The notes below the pieces were generated by a model. It was not told the origin of the DNA and did not search any database. It was given only the letters and a program-made list of their open reading frames with translations. DNA of 64,000 bases from Myxococcota bacterium (lineage in GTDB: Bacteria > Myxococcota_A > UBA9160 > UBA4427): the NCBI GenBank assembly GCA_041690055.1, contig JBDNFB010000084.1:28086-92085 (forward strand), in the 5' to 3' direction. Each line of letters starts with the position of its first letter. The stretch's first letter is position 1. Below, in pieces: positions 37,864-47,140 of the stretch. The position numbers and the translations under genes were made by a program.

Positions 37864-38610
37864 ATGACCGTGCGCATCCGATCCATCGACTATGAACACG
37901 AAGGCGTGGCCCTCGGCGGGGAACTCGCCTGGGATGATGACTGGACGGATCCGCGCCCGGGAGTGCTCGTCATCCATGACGCCAACAAGAGCGACGAAGG
38001 CTTTGAGGCGGAGCGGGCCGTCGCCCTTGCGACCATGGGCTACGCCGGCTTCGTCGTGGACGTATATGGGAAGGACATTCATGGCAGCGGTGAAGACGCC
38101 TTCGCCTTGATGTCGCCCTTCCAAGAAGATCGCCCCTTCCTCCTCCAGCGTCTGCTCGCCGCGGTCCGAGCCGCGAGTAGCCAGGCCGAGGTCGATGCCA
38201 ACCGACTGGCGGCGATCGGATACTGCTTCGGTGGCCAATGCGTACTCGACCTCGCGCGCGGCAACGCGCCCCTTCGCGGCGTCACGAGCTTCCACGGCAC
38301 GCTCGCTTACCCCGATCCCGACCGCTGGCCCGCACCGGCGGAGCCCATCCACCCGAAGGTCCTCGCCTTGCACGGCTGGGACGACCCCTTCGTACCCTCC
38401 GATCCCAACGTAGTGGCCTTCGCACAAGAAATGACCGAACGCGAAGCAGACTGGCAATTCGTCGCGTACGGAAACACGAAGCATTCTTTCACGAATCCGG
38501 GAATCAACCTGCCCGGGATGGGCGCCGTGTATGATGAGAAGGCGGCGCATCGCTCGTGGCAGGCGCTCGAGGCGTTCCTTCACGAACTCTTTTTTGAATC
38601 GGATATTTGA
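37864..38610 (+). CDS. dienelactone hydrolase family protein
   Basis: 248 aa with the nucleophile elbow IGYCFGG (G-x-C-x-G), typical of DLH. A GGAAAGGA Shine-Dalgarno lies upstream. Confidence 0.85.
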   Translation: MTVRIRSIDYEHEGVALGGELAWDDDWTDPRPGVLVIHDANKSDEGFEAERAVALATMGYAGFVVDVYGKDIHGSGEDAFALMSPFQEDRPFLLQRLLAAVRAASSQAEVDANRLAAIGYCFGGQCVLDLARGNAPLRGVTSFHGTLAYPDPDRWPAPAEPIHPKVLALHGWDDPFVPSDPNVVAFAQEMTEREADWQFVAYGNTKHSFTNPGINLPGMGAVYDEKAAHRSWQALEAFLHELFFESDI

Positions 38611-38633
38611 TTCGTCCCCATCAAGGAGCCGCC

Positions 38634-39482
38634 ATGCCTGAACTGAACGCTCAGCATCTCGTTTTCAATACGACCACGATTCTGGGCGCCGGTGCCAAAG
38701 AAGTGATCGAAGCCGCGGCCGCCGGAGGCTACGACGCGATTTCGATCTGGCCGGCGGACCTCGAGCGATCTCGTGCGGCGGGCATTTCGGTGTCGGAGAT
38801 CCGCTCCATGCTCGATCAGAACGGTCTGGTCGTCGCAGATGTCGATGCCCTTTTGACATGGTCAGACCTTGTGCGACCCAAGCCGGGGCAGGGCATATTT
38901 GAATTCGATGAACCCGACGTCTTTTTCGATGTGGCCGAAACGCTAGGCGCGCGATCGATCAATGTCGTGCAGGGCTTCGGTTCGAGCCTCGACCTCGATC
39001 ACGCAGCAGTCGACCTCGCCGCTCTCTGTAATCGCGCGAATGAGCATGGCCTCTTGATCACCTTCGAATTCCTGCCCTGGTCGGGCGTGCCCGATGTCGC
39101 CGTGGCCGCAGATCTTTGTCAAAGAACGGGCTGCGAGAATGCCACAATTCTTTTTGATAGCTGGCATTGGTTTCGCGGAGGCGCCGACTTCGAGAAGCTG
39201 CGATCGGTTCCCGGCGAGCGCATTGGCAGCACACAGTTCAACGATGCCTCTCTCGCGCCGTGGCCCAACCTACAAGAAGAATGCATGCAGGCGCGGCTCA
39301 GCCCGGGCGAAGGCGTGATTCCTCTCGCCGAGCTCGTGCGCACCCTCGACGCAATCGGATCACAGGCGCCGATCGGGGTCGAAGTCATTCACACGCGGCA
39401 CGAAACAATGGATCCCAAAGAAGTGGGACGCAGTACAGCAAAAGACATGCGGCGGGTGCTCGCAGAGGCGCGCGAATCATGA
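38634..39482 (+). CDS. sugar phosphate isomerase/epimerase (xylose-isomerase-like TIM barrel)
   Basis: The ORF opens at 38607 (TTG). The ATG at 38634 has a GGAG Shine-Dalgarno 6 nt upstream. The protein is about 282 aa with a TIM-barrel pattern, including the FEFLPW and DSWHW motifs. Confidence 0.7.
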   Translation: MPELNAQHLVFNTTTILGAGAKEVIEAAAAGGYDAISIWPADLERSRAAGISVSEIRSMLDQNGLVVADVDALLTWSDLVRPKPGQGIFEFDEPDVFFDVAETLGARSINVVQGFGSSLDLDHAAVDLAALCNRANEHGLLITFEFLPWSGVPDVAVAADLCQRTGCENATILFDSWHWFRGGADFEKLRSVPGERIGSTQFNDASLAPWPNLQEECMQARLSPGEGVIPLAELVRTLDAIGSQAPIGVEVIHTRHETMDPKEVGRSTAKDMRRVLAEARES

Positions 39483-39952
39483 GCGACGAGACAACGGCCA
39501 CCCACGAGAGCCTCTACTATGAAGACTACGCGCCGGGATTCGAGGCCAACGCGGGCGCCTATCTTGTCACCGAGGAAGAGATCCTGGAATTCGGGCGGCG
39601 ATTCGACGGCCAGCCCATGCATAACGATAAGGCGGCTGCTGAAGCGGGGCCGTTCGGCGGCTTGATCGCTCCCGGCTGCCTCACGTTTGCGATTCGAACC
39701 GCGCTTGCCAACCAACTCCCAGGGCGACCTGCGCTCATCGCGGGTCTGGGCGTCGAACGGATGGACCTCCCCAAGCCCGTTCGACCCGGAGACGTGCTTT
39801 CACTGCGAATGCTCGTCAAGGAAAGACGGCGCTCCGCTTCGCGCCCAGAGCGAGGCATCATCACGATGGAACATCAGGTTCTTAACCAAGACGGCGAAAG
39901 CGTGTTAACGATGATTTCCCGTATGATGGTCGAGGCGCGGGAACCCGCCTAA
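39479..39952 (+). CDS. MaoC-like (R)-hydratase / dehydratase
   Basis: The ORF opens at 39167, but the real start is the ATG at 39479, which overlaps the previous stop (ATGA). The protein is 157 aa with a hot-dog-fold pattern, FGRRFDGQPMHNDKAAAEAGPFGGLIAPG. Confidence 0.8.
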   Translation: MSDETTATHESLYYEDYAPGFEANAGAYLVTEEEILEFGRRFDGQPMHNDKAAAEAGPFGGLIAPGCLTFAIRTALANQLPGRPALIAGLGVERMDLPKPVRPGDVLSLRMLVKERRRSASRPERGIITMEHQVLNQDGESVLTMISRMMVEAREPA

Positions 39953-39982
39953 CTCATCCCGCCCCCTCGCCCCGTGGCCCTG

Positions 39983-40474
39983 CTAGCCCATTTCGAAGTC
40001 TTCGAAATCGAAGCCCGGCGCCACGACGCATCCAACGAGGGCGAATCCGAAGGGCCCCGGCTTTGCCTCGGCGCATTGCCAGTGCCCGGGCGGGACGACG
40101 CGCTGAAGGGCCGAGCGTTCTCCCTGCCCTAGCGAGACCGCGTGCACGGGATTGGCCGCCGCAACGCGCGTCTCGCCGATTCCGAGGACCAGATCATCAC
40201 CTTGATGATGCATCCACAGCTCCTCGGAGCGAACGCGATGCAGCTCTGAGCGCAATCCTGCAGGCAACAAGTAATAGATCGAGGTCATGGCGGCGCGGGG
40301 TCCGGGATAGCCCTCTGGAAGCGATGCTTGCGGAAATTCCACAGGAGAGCGCCAGACCTCGCGGTAAAACCCTCCTTCCGGATGGGGGGCAAGGCGAAGC
40401 CGATCAATCATGGCTTGCGCTGCAGGCGAGCATTTCCGCAGATCGCCGGATGAATCATCCGTCTTAGACGACAT
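39983..40474 (-). CDS. cupin domain protein (DUF985)
   Basis: 163 aa with the signature L.PHPEGGFYRE. Confidence 0.85.
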   Translation of the reverse strand: MSSKTDDSSGDLRKCSPAAQAMIDRLRLAPHPEGGFYREVWRSPVEFPQASLPEGYPGPRAAMTSIYYLLPAGLRSELHRVRSEELWMHHQGDDLVLGIGETRVAAANPVHAVSLGQGERSALQRVVPPGHWQCAEAKPGPFGFALVGCVVAPGFDFEDFEMG

Positions 40475-40486
40475 CGTCGGCGCCTC

Positions 40487-41395
40487 TCAGCATCGCTGGA
40501 ATCGGCTGGGCTCAACCTCTCGGATTTCGCCCCGTGATTTCATGCGAGCAAGATGCAGTTCGGCACTGCGCAGTTCGACCGGCCCCACAATGTCGCTCTT
40601 CACCGTCGGCCGGTAGATGAATCGATGCTCCACCATCTCGTCGATGCTATGCGGCTCGGCCAGGTATTCGAGCATTCCCTGATGTCGCCGCCCGATCACT
40701 GCCCCGAACGCATCAAGCAGTTCAAGAAATCGGGCCCGCCCTTCGATCACGCCCTTGTGATGAAAAGTGATGTAGTAGGCGGCCTCTTCATCGCGCACGC
40801 GTGCAAGGCTTTCTTCAAAATCATCGAGATCGCTCCAAGCATCCCCGTAGTACGGACCAAAACCCGTCAAATCGATATCTGAGAGAAAAAAGACCTCTTC
40901 CGAAATCCGAAACCCGCTGTGGCCTCGGGTATGGCCCGGCAGATGCACTGCCTCGACCGTGATTCCGCCGAGATCGAAGATATCGCCATCCGAAAAACCT
41001 TGCGCGTCCGGACGCGGCGTAAAATTGAATTCGTCGACCACGGTTCGGCGAAACTTCCGCTCCGCCTCGAGATCCGCCATGCCGTAGATCGACATCAGAC
41101 CGTCAAGCGACTCAATGCCCACCCGATCGGCTTCATGAATATGAACACGCGCGTCGGGGAACAAACCGTTTCCGGCAATATGGTCCTCATGGCTATGGCT
41201 ATTGAGGATCGCGTCGATCGGCAGAGGAACACCACCACGCGTCACAACATCGATCGAAGGATCGATCACGATCGCCTCGCTGTCCCCTGAGACAAGGAGC
41301 GAGTTGCCGCTCGGGTACTGCCCGTTCATTTCGCCGCAGAGCACGCTCACACGATCCGTGAGCTTGCGCTCTGCGTCGCCCCAATCTGCTTGCAT
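40487..41395 (-). CDS. MBL-fold metallohydrolase
   Basis: 302 aa with the NSHSHEDHIAGN (HxHxDH) motif and the downstream His/Asp ligands (LPGHTRGH). Confidence 0.8.
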   Translation of the reverse strand: MQADWGDAERKLTDRVSVLCGEMNGQYPSGNSLLVSGDSEAIVIDPSIDVVTRGGVPLPIDAILNSHSHEDHIAGNGLFPDARVHIHEADRVGIESLDGLMSIYGMADLEAERKFRRTVVDEFNFTPRPDAQGFSDGDIFDLGGITVEAVHLPGHTRGHSGFRISEEVFFLSDIDLTGFGPYYGDAWSDLDDFEESLARVRDEEAAYYITFHHKGVIEGRARFLELLDAFGAVIGRRHQGMLEYLAEPHSIDEMVEHRFIYRPTVKSDIVGPVELRSAELHLARMKSRGEIREVEPSRFQRC

Positions 41396-41483
41396 AGGCG
41401 AAGCCTACCGACCCCTCTGAATCATTGCGACGCGCGCGTGCAAAAACTTCGTCCCGTGGAGGCGCCTTGGTTATTGTCGCTGA

Positions 41484-43094
41484 GTGACTCCAAGCCTACT
41501 CTGCAACGCCGATTGCCCCGCGCACCCTGCCCGCGCAGCCTTCTCTCTCATCGGCTCGATCATCAGCCCTCTCTTCGGTCCTTTTGTCGGTGCTTTTGTC
41601 GGCCTTCCCACCAGCCTTCCTGTCGGCTTTATGATCGGCTTCGCCGCCTTGCTTGCGACGCCTGGCTGCTTCGTCGACGAAAACCTGGAGAGCGAAACGG
41701 GTTCTTCGCCCGACGTTTTTCTGATCACTCTCGATACAACTCGCCCCGATCATCTCGGCGTTTACGGATATCCGCGAGACACCAGCCCATCCCTCGACGC
41801 ATTCGCGCGTGAAGCCAAGGTCTTTGATCGTGCTTGGTCAACGGCCCCCTGGACGCTCCCTGCCCATGCCTCGATGCTCACGGGCAAATATCCATCAAAC
41901 CACGGCGCGCATTATATTCGTGCCTCTCGGGCAAACGAATCCCAAGCCCGCGACTCGGAAGCCGCCAGCAGGGCGGAGGCGGCCAGCAGGGCTGATGCCG
42001 CGACGCTCACGGAAGTTCTGCCTTTCGTCCCCAAGAACAATTTCCGCGCGAACCGTCTCTCCGAGCGACACGAAACCCTGGCCGAGCTGCTTCAGGAGAG
42101 AGGCTATGCGACGGGCGCTTTCGCCGGGGGGCATTGGCTAGCACCCGCTTTCGGACTCTTGCAAGGGTATGGCCATCGCGATGCCCATGTCCCGCAACTC
42201 GAGGGTCGACCGGCGACCGAGATGACGGCGGCGGCAGTCGACTGGCTCGAAGGCGTTCCCGCGGAGCAGCCCGTGCATCTGCTGATCAATTATTTCGATC
42301 CCCATGATCCGCATAACCCGGATCCTTCGGAACGACTCGCTCCCGAAACGCAGACTCGCCCAGCCGGCGATCCCTTCGCGGATCGCGTGGACCGCTATGA
42401 CTCTGAAATCCGGATCATGGACCGCGAGATCGGACGTTTCTTCGAAGCCTTGCGTCGTCTAAATCGGTTCGAAAACGCCGTCATCATCGTGGTCGCCGAT
42501 CACGGAGAACTTTTCGGCGAACACGGGCGGGAGAATCACGGTCCGTGGCTCGACGAAGAACTCGTCCGCGTGCCCTTGCTCATTCGCTTCCCGAAAGGTC
42601 GAGAGGGAGGCACGCGAGTCGAGGCTCCGGTTTCGATCGTCGATCTCCTCCCGATGATCGCGGTGGAAGTTGAATTCGAGTTACCCGAGTCCGTCGACGG
42701 GCACTCGCCCGGTCAGTCGAGCCTGATTCTTTCCGAAACGCGATCGAGCGATTTTCACGTGCGCAAGTTCGGCGACGCTGTCGCCCGCGACCTTCAGTCC
42801 GTCGTCGACTGGCCCTGGAAGCTCGTCGTCGGTAGCGACGGAGCAGAAGACCTCTACCGACTAGATACGCCAGAGGGCCTCGTGCCCGTCGCCAGCGAGG
42901 AGCTCGACACGAAGGATCGCGCGCGCATCGATCGACTGCGCGAGCGCCTGCTCAAAACCAATGCTGCAAGTGCCGCGTCCAGCAGCGCGCATTCGGCGAC
43001 CGCCGACAACGCAAAGAACGCAAAGGACGCACAGCCTCCGCGTGTCTCTGACGAAACCGAAGCCAATCTGCGCGCACTGGGATATATCGAATGA
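41484..43094 (+). CDS. sulfatase-fold (alkaline-phosphatase superfamily) protein with T-x-P-x-H in place of C/S-x-P-x-R
   Basis: 536 aa with a GTG start and an N-terminal hydrophobic/lipoprotein-like region. It has the metal-site motif ITLDTTRPDHLG. The position of the formylglycine motif reads APWTLPAHASMLTG (the Thr codon is at 41853-41855). It also has VVADHGE. Confidence 0.8.
   Translation: MTPSLLCNADCPAHPARAAFSLIGSIISPLFGPFVGAFVGLPTSLPVGFMIGFAALLATPGCFVDENLESETGSSPDVFLITLDTTRPDHLGVYGYPRDTSPSLDAFAREAKVFDRAWSTAPWTLPAHASMLTGKYPSNHGAHYIRASRANESQARDSEAASRAEAASRADAATLTEVLPFVPKNNFRANRLSERHETLAELLQERGYATGAFAGGHWLAPAFGLLQGYGHRDAHVPQLEGRPATEMTAAAVDWLEGVPAEQPVHLLINYFDPHDPHNPDPSERLAPETQTRPAGDPFADRVDRYDSEIRIMDREIGRFFEALRRLNRFENAVIIVVADHGELFGEHGRENHGPWLDEELVRVPLLIRFPKGREGGTRVEAPVSIVDLLPMIAVEVEFELPESVDGHSPGQSSLILSETRSSDFHVRKFGDAVARDLQSVVDWPWKLVVGSDGAEDLYRLDTPEGLVPVASEELDTKDRARIDRLRERLLKTNAASAASSSAHSATADNAKNAKDAQPPRVSDETEANLRALGYIE
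41958..41993. repeat. 18-bp in-frame tandem duplication in the sulfatase-fold gene
   Basis: gaagccgccagcagggcg is followed by gaggcggccagcagggct, encoding EAASRA EAASRA. Confidence 0.85.
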
Positions 43095-44824
43095 AAGGGG
43101 ACGCCACGGCGACGCTCGATTCGCGCGATGCATTCGCTGCCGGGCTCGTTTTCTTCGTCGCACTCGCGATCCGCGCCTTCCACCTGCATGACCTGGCGAT
43201 GCATGACCCTTTCTACGCTCTGCCAAGCGTGGACGGTGCTGTGTACGATGCATGGGCGAAGGAAATTCTGACGGGCGATTGGCTGGGTGAAGGCGTGTTA
43301 TTCATGGGGCCCGGCTACCCGGCCTTCATGTCCGCCGTTTACAAAGTCTTTGGACCCAGCATCCCCGCGCTCAAGGCGATCCATGCGTTCCTAGGCGCCC
43401 TTTCCTGCGTGCTGATCTGGGGCATAGCGCGAGAACTTTTCGACCGGCGCGCAGCCGCTCTCGCAGGAGGCCTCGCGGCCTTTCACGGCATGCTGATTTT
43501 CTACGGCGGAACCGTGACGGTGGTTAACCTACAAGTGCCCTTGATAGCGGGGCTTTGCTGGGCGCTGATCCGAACGCTCCGCAAGCCGAGCTATCTCGGC
43601 TTCGCGCTCTGCGGATTACTCCTGGGGTTCTCCGTGCTCGCGCGGCAAACCGTTCTCGTGATGGCGCCGCTCATCGCACTCTGGATACTTTTCGGAATGC
43701 CCGATGATCCTCTTCGGGAGCGCTTCGCGTTCAAACAGCGCTTCGCTTGGGGCTCGACCTTCGGCATTGCGATTTGCCTGCTGATCCTCCCCTTCACGAT
43801 CAAAAACTATGTCGCAGGGGACGACCTCGTCCTGCTTAATTCAACCGGCGGCGCGAATTTTTACATGGGGAACCAGCGCAAAGCAGATGGCACCTGGCAG
43901 GTCCCCTCAATCGGAACCCGGACGCGGATCGATAACCCCAAATCGATGCAAGCCGCCTTTTCGCAGGTGGCTGAGCGTGAAAATGGGCGGGCGATGAAAG
44001 CCTCCGAAGTTTCGTCCTACTGGTTCGGCCGAGGGCTCGACGAAATCAAGGCTGACCCCAGCCGCTGGGTCCGGCTCGAACTCCGGAAAGCGGTGCTGTT
44101 CTTCAACAAGGCAGAGATCTGGAACAACCGGTCCTATGAAGTTTCACGCGACTTCTCGCGCGTACTCCGGATGCCATTAGTCGGATTTGGCTTGATCGCT
44201 CCGCTTGGCCTGCTTGGCCTCGCCCTCTCTCTCGCGCGCTGGCGAGAGCTCGTCCCGGTCTATGGCGCGCTCGGCGCGTATCTGGTTAGTGCGTTCTTGT
44301 TCTTCGTCCTATCCCGCTACCGAATGCCCGCCGCGATCTTGCTCGCCCCCTTCGCCGGATTCGCCGCCATGCGACTGATCGATACGGTCCGCGCGGGCGA
44401 TTTCCGCGCGCTTGCAAAGAGCGCCTTTATCCTCGTCGCTTTCTCTGCGCTTGTACACTGGCCACTGCCCGCGGAAAACCGCATGCATATGGCCTACTAC
44501 AATTTGGGCAACAAGTTTCGCGAGCTTGAGCGCTGGGACGAGGCCGTCACGGCCTACCGCACATCTCTCGACAGCGTGCCGGGTGCGATCTCGACGCATA
44601 ACAATCTGGCGGTCGCCCTCGAACTCTCGGGACGTCGCGACGAAGCGATCGAGGCCTGGAAGACGGTCGGCGTCCTGGCGATGCGGCGCGGGGACCAACG
44701 GCGTATCGAGCGCTCCGTGCGGCATCTCCGCGAACTCGGAGCGCTACCGCCTGAGCCCGAGTTGAAACCGCCCGCTGAGACGGGAACCGATCCCGCGATT
44801 CCCCCCTCCTCCGACACGCCCTAG
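43091..44824 (+). CDS. GT-C-fold glycosyltransferase (family 39 / ArnT-PMT-like) with C-terminal TPR repeats
   Basis: 577 aa with about 11-13 TM helices followed by TPR motifs (YYNLGNKFRELERWDEAVTAYRTSL..., HNNLAVALELSGRRDEAIEAW). It has an ATGA overlap with the sulfatase-fold gene. Confidence 0.8.
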   Translation: MKGDATATLDSRDAFAAGLVFFVALAIRAFHLHDLAMHDPFYALPSVDGAVYDAWAKEILTGDWLGEGVLFMGPGYPAFMSAVYKVFGPSIPALKAIHAFLGALSCVLIWGIARELFDRRAAALAGGLAAFHGMLIFYGGTVTVVNLQVPLIAGLCWALIRTLRKPSYLGFALCGLLLGFSVLARQTVLVMAPLIALWILFGMPDDPLRERFAFKQRFAWGSTFGIAICLLILPFTIKNYVAGDDLVLLNSTGGANFYMGNQRKADGTWQVPSIGTRTRIDNPKSMQAAFSQVAERENGRAMKASEVSSYWFGRGLDEIKADPSRWVRLELRKAVLFFNKAEIWNNRSYEVSRDFSRVLRMPLVGFGLIAPLGLLGLALSLARWRELVPVYGALGAYLVSAFLFFVLSRYRMPAAILLAPFAGFAAMRLIDTVRAGDFRALAKSAFILVAFSALVHWPLPAENRMHMAYYNLGNKFRELERWDEAVTAYRTSLDSVPGAISTHNNLAVALELSGRRDEAIEAWKTVGVLAMRRGDQRRIERSVRHLRELGALPPEPELKPPAETGTDPAIPPSSDTP

Positions 44825-45039
44825 CTCCAGCGGGGCACGTTCCCGACAGGGGGTACCCCCGCGGGTCTCGTCGGCACGGGGAGAGCTGTCCGAATGGCCC
44901 GCTGCCACGCTGTACCCAAAGCAGCACAACCGGGGACAACCCGAAGGTGTTTTTTCGCCTCGGGCGCAGAAAACCGGCACCGAGCCTGCGGAAGCAATCA
45001 CCTACTGAGCCGAAACCAATTGAATCGGAGCCCCGCGAA

Positions 45040-45645
45040 ATGTCTTCCAATCCCCAATCGGTGAATCTTCTGGATGAAGACGCAGAACTGGTCGCCGCCT
45101 GTCAGGCCGGCGGACCGGATTCCGACGCATGCTTCTCCGAACTCGTACGACGCCATTCGCCGCGAATCCTTCGCCGCGCGACCCGCATGCTTGGGAACGA
45201 GAGCGAAGCCGAAGACGTCGTCCAGGAAGTCTTCGTCAACGTGCATCGCTTTCTCGACCGCTACCGGCCGGATCGCCCCTTCAATCATTGGCTCTCCGTG
45301 GTCACGCTCAACGCGTGCCGCATAGAGCTCCGCCGCCGCGCCGGCCGCTACCGACGGCATGATGCCTTCCGCCGCGACCCCATCCGCACGACCGCCCGCT
45401 CGCTCGAAGGCGATGTCCTGCTTCGGGGTTGGCTCTCGGACGCGCTCGAAGACCTTCATCCCGTCACCCGAGACTGCATCGTTTTGCGCGCGGTAGACGG
45501 ACTGCCTTATCTGGAAGTCGCGGCGCGAAGCGGCCTGACAGAGCCCGCCGCAAAAATGCGCGTCCTACGCGGACTCCGCGACTTGCGCGCTCGGTACTCC
45601 AAGCAAACAGGCGAAGTGCTCTTCGGCGAAGGCGCGTTCGCCTAA
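45040..45645 (+). CDS. RNA polymerase ECF sigma factor (no adjacent anti-sigma)
   Basis: The ORF opens at 44947. The ATG at 45040 has a GGAG Shine-Dalgarno. Region 2 reads EDVVQEVFVNVHRFLDRY...NHWL and region 4 is an HTH, LPYLEVAARSGLTEPAAKMRVLRG. Confidence 0.85.
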   Translation: MSSNPQSVNLLDEDAELVAACQAGGPDSDACFSELVRRHSPRILRRATRMLGNESEAEDVVQEVFVNVHRFLDRYRPDRPFNHWLSVVTLNACRIELRRRAGRYRRHDAFRRDPIRTTARSLEGDVLLRGWLSDALEDLHPVTRDCIVLRAVDGLPYLEVAARSGLTEPAAKMRVLRGLRDLRARYSKQTGEVLFGEGAFA

Positions 45646-45652
45646 GGCGCCC

Positions 45653-47140
45653 CTAAGGCGAAGAAGCCGGAGCGGCGGCCGCTGTATCAGCGCAGTCCAC
45701 CTTGAGTCGCTTTAACACATCACAGACTCGAGGCATACGCCGGAGGCCGCCGGCCGCTTCGGCGGTGCGGAAGAATTCGGCGCGCGCGACGCGCGGGTCC
45801 CCCGTCACTCCCGTAATCACAGCAAGCGCGCCGGTCACATGCGCCGCAGCAAGGCTCGTCCCATTCCCGAACGCGAACGCGTCGCCGGGAATCGTAGACA
45901 GCACCTCCACGCCCGGCGCGTACATCTCGACCCAACTGCCTCGATTGCTCAGTGCAAACGCTTCGCCGGCGCGGTCCATCGCGCCGACCCCGATCACCGA
46001 GGGATACGCCGCGGGATACCGTTTTTCGTCCGTGCCTTCGTTGCCCGCTGCCGCAACGACCACAAGGCCAAGTTGCTCAAGACGAGCGACTCCGCGCTCA
46101 AGCAGCGGATTCGGTGGCCCCGAGAGAGAAAGGTTGACCAGCTGAGCCTCGGACCGGTAGGCCTGATCGAGTCCCTGCAGGAGCCGATAGATCGTGCACC
46201 GCCCTCCGGCAGGTCCTTCAGGCGTACAGACGGGAATCGACACGAGCTGGGACGCCGGCGCCAGCCCCACGATCCCAAAACCATTGCCTTCCACAGCGCC
46301 TAACACGCCCGCCATCAGAGTCCCGTGCACACCAATCGTCGTTTCCGAATTCGCGGAAGCGCCGTTCGTGTCATCGCCGAATTGAATTCGCGCCGCCGCA
46401 AGATCCGCATGCTCCCATTCCTGTGCTGAATCGAGCAGAGCAACGCGCACCCCTTGTCCTGCCGAAATTCCACGCGCCTCGCGCACGCCCGAAACCGCGA
46501 GACCGTATTGCAAAGACGCGTACGGATCGGGCCGGTCGACGCTGCGCCCCATCGCTCGAACTTCGCCCGCCGCGCTCACGTAGACATCATTCGCCACGAC
46601 GAGACTACTTTCGGGCACAAAGGTCACGAGTTCGGAAAGCCCAGCCCCAGGCGGGCCAGTCACACGTGCCACCGTCGCACAAATCACGGGACTGAAGAAC
46701 GATTCCGCGATTTCCGCGCCTTCGCCGAGCTCGAAATCAGTCGGCAGCTGGCCTGCACCGTTTTTCGGCAGCGCGAGCAAAGCTTCGCTCGGCGAGGAAG
46801 CGCCCGGCCCAGTCGCAGCCGCGCCACCCGCGCCTGTTGCTGGGTCGGTTGCCGGAGTGGTTGCCGGAGTGGGGAGAGACAAGATCCTGCCCGGTCCTCC
46901 CGCCGTCCCCGAGCCCGAGCCCGCTGCGGGCAAGATACCTTGCTCCGCGTTCTGGAAATTTGCGGCCAGGCGGACGACTTCCGCGTCCGCCGCGTCGAAG
47001 GGACCACAGATTAAGTCGGCGTCGGGCGATGCCTCAGCCGCAACCTCGCCGGCGCACAAGAGCGAGAAGCCCACTGCAAAAACAAAGAGGACGCCCGACC
47101 GAAGAAGGGCGCCTCGATTTCGAAGTGGAGCAGATCTCAT
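45653..47140 (-). CDS. secreted S8 family serine peptidase (subtilase)
   Basis: 495 aa with a signal peptide. The triad contexts are VALLDS (Asp), HGTLMAGV (His) and GTSLAAAHVTG (Ser). The N-terminal linker is Pro/Thr/Ala-rich. It has a 4-nt ATGA overlap with the anti-sigma gene. Confidence 0.9.
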   Translation of the reverse strand: MRSAPLRNRGALLRSGVLFVFAVGFSLLCAGEVAAEASPDADLICGPFDAADAEVVRLAANFQNAEQGILPAAGSGSGTAGGPGRILSLPTPATTPATDPATGAGGAAATGPGASSPSEALLALPKNGAGQLPTDFELGEGAEIAESFFSPVICATVARVTGPPGAGLSELVTFVPESSLVVANDVYVSAAGEVRAMGRSVDRPDPYASLQYGLAVSGVREARGISAGQGVRVALLDSAQEWEHADLAAARIQFGDDTNGASANSETTIGVHGTLMAGVLGAVEGNGFGIVGLAPASQLVSIPVCTPEGPAGGRCTIYRLLQGLDQAYRSEAQLVNLSLSGPPNPLLERGVARLEQLGLVVVAAAGNEGTDEKRYPAAYPSVIGVGAMDRAGEAFALSNRGSWVEMYAPGVEVLSTIPGDAFAFGNGTSLAAAHVTGALAVITGVTGDPRVARAEFFRTAEAAGGLRRMPRVCDVLKRLKVDCADTAAAAPASSP

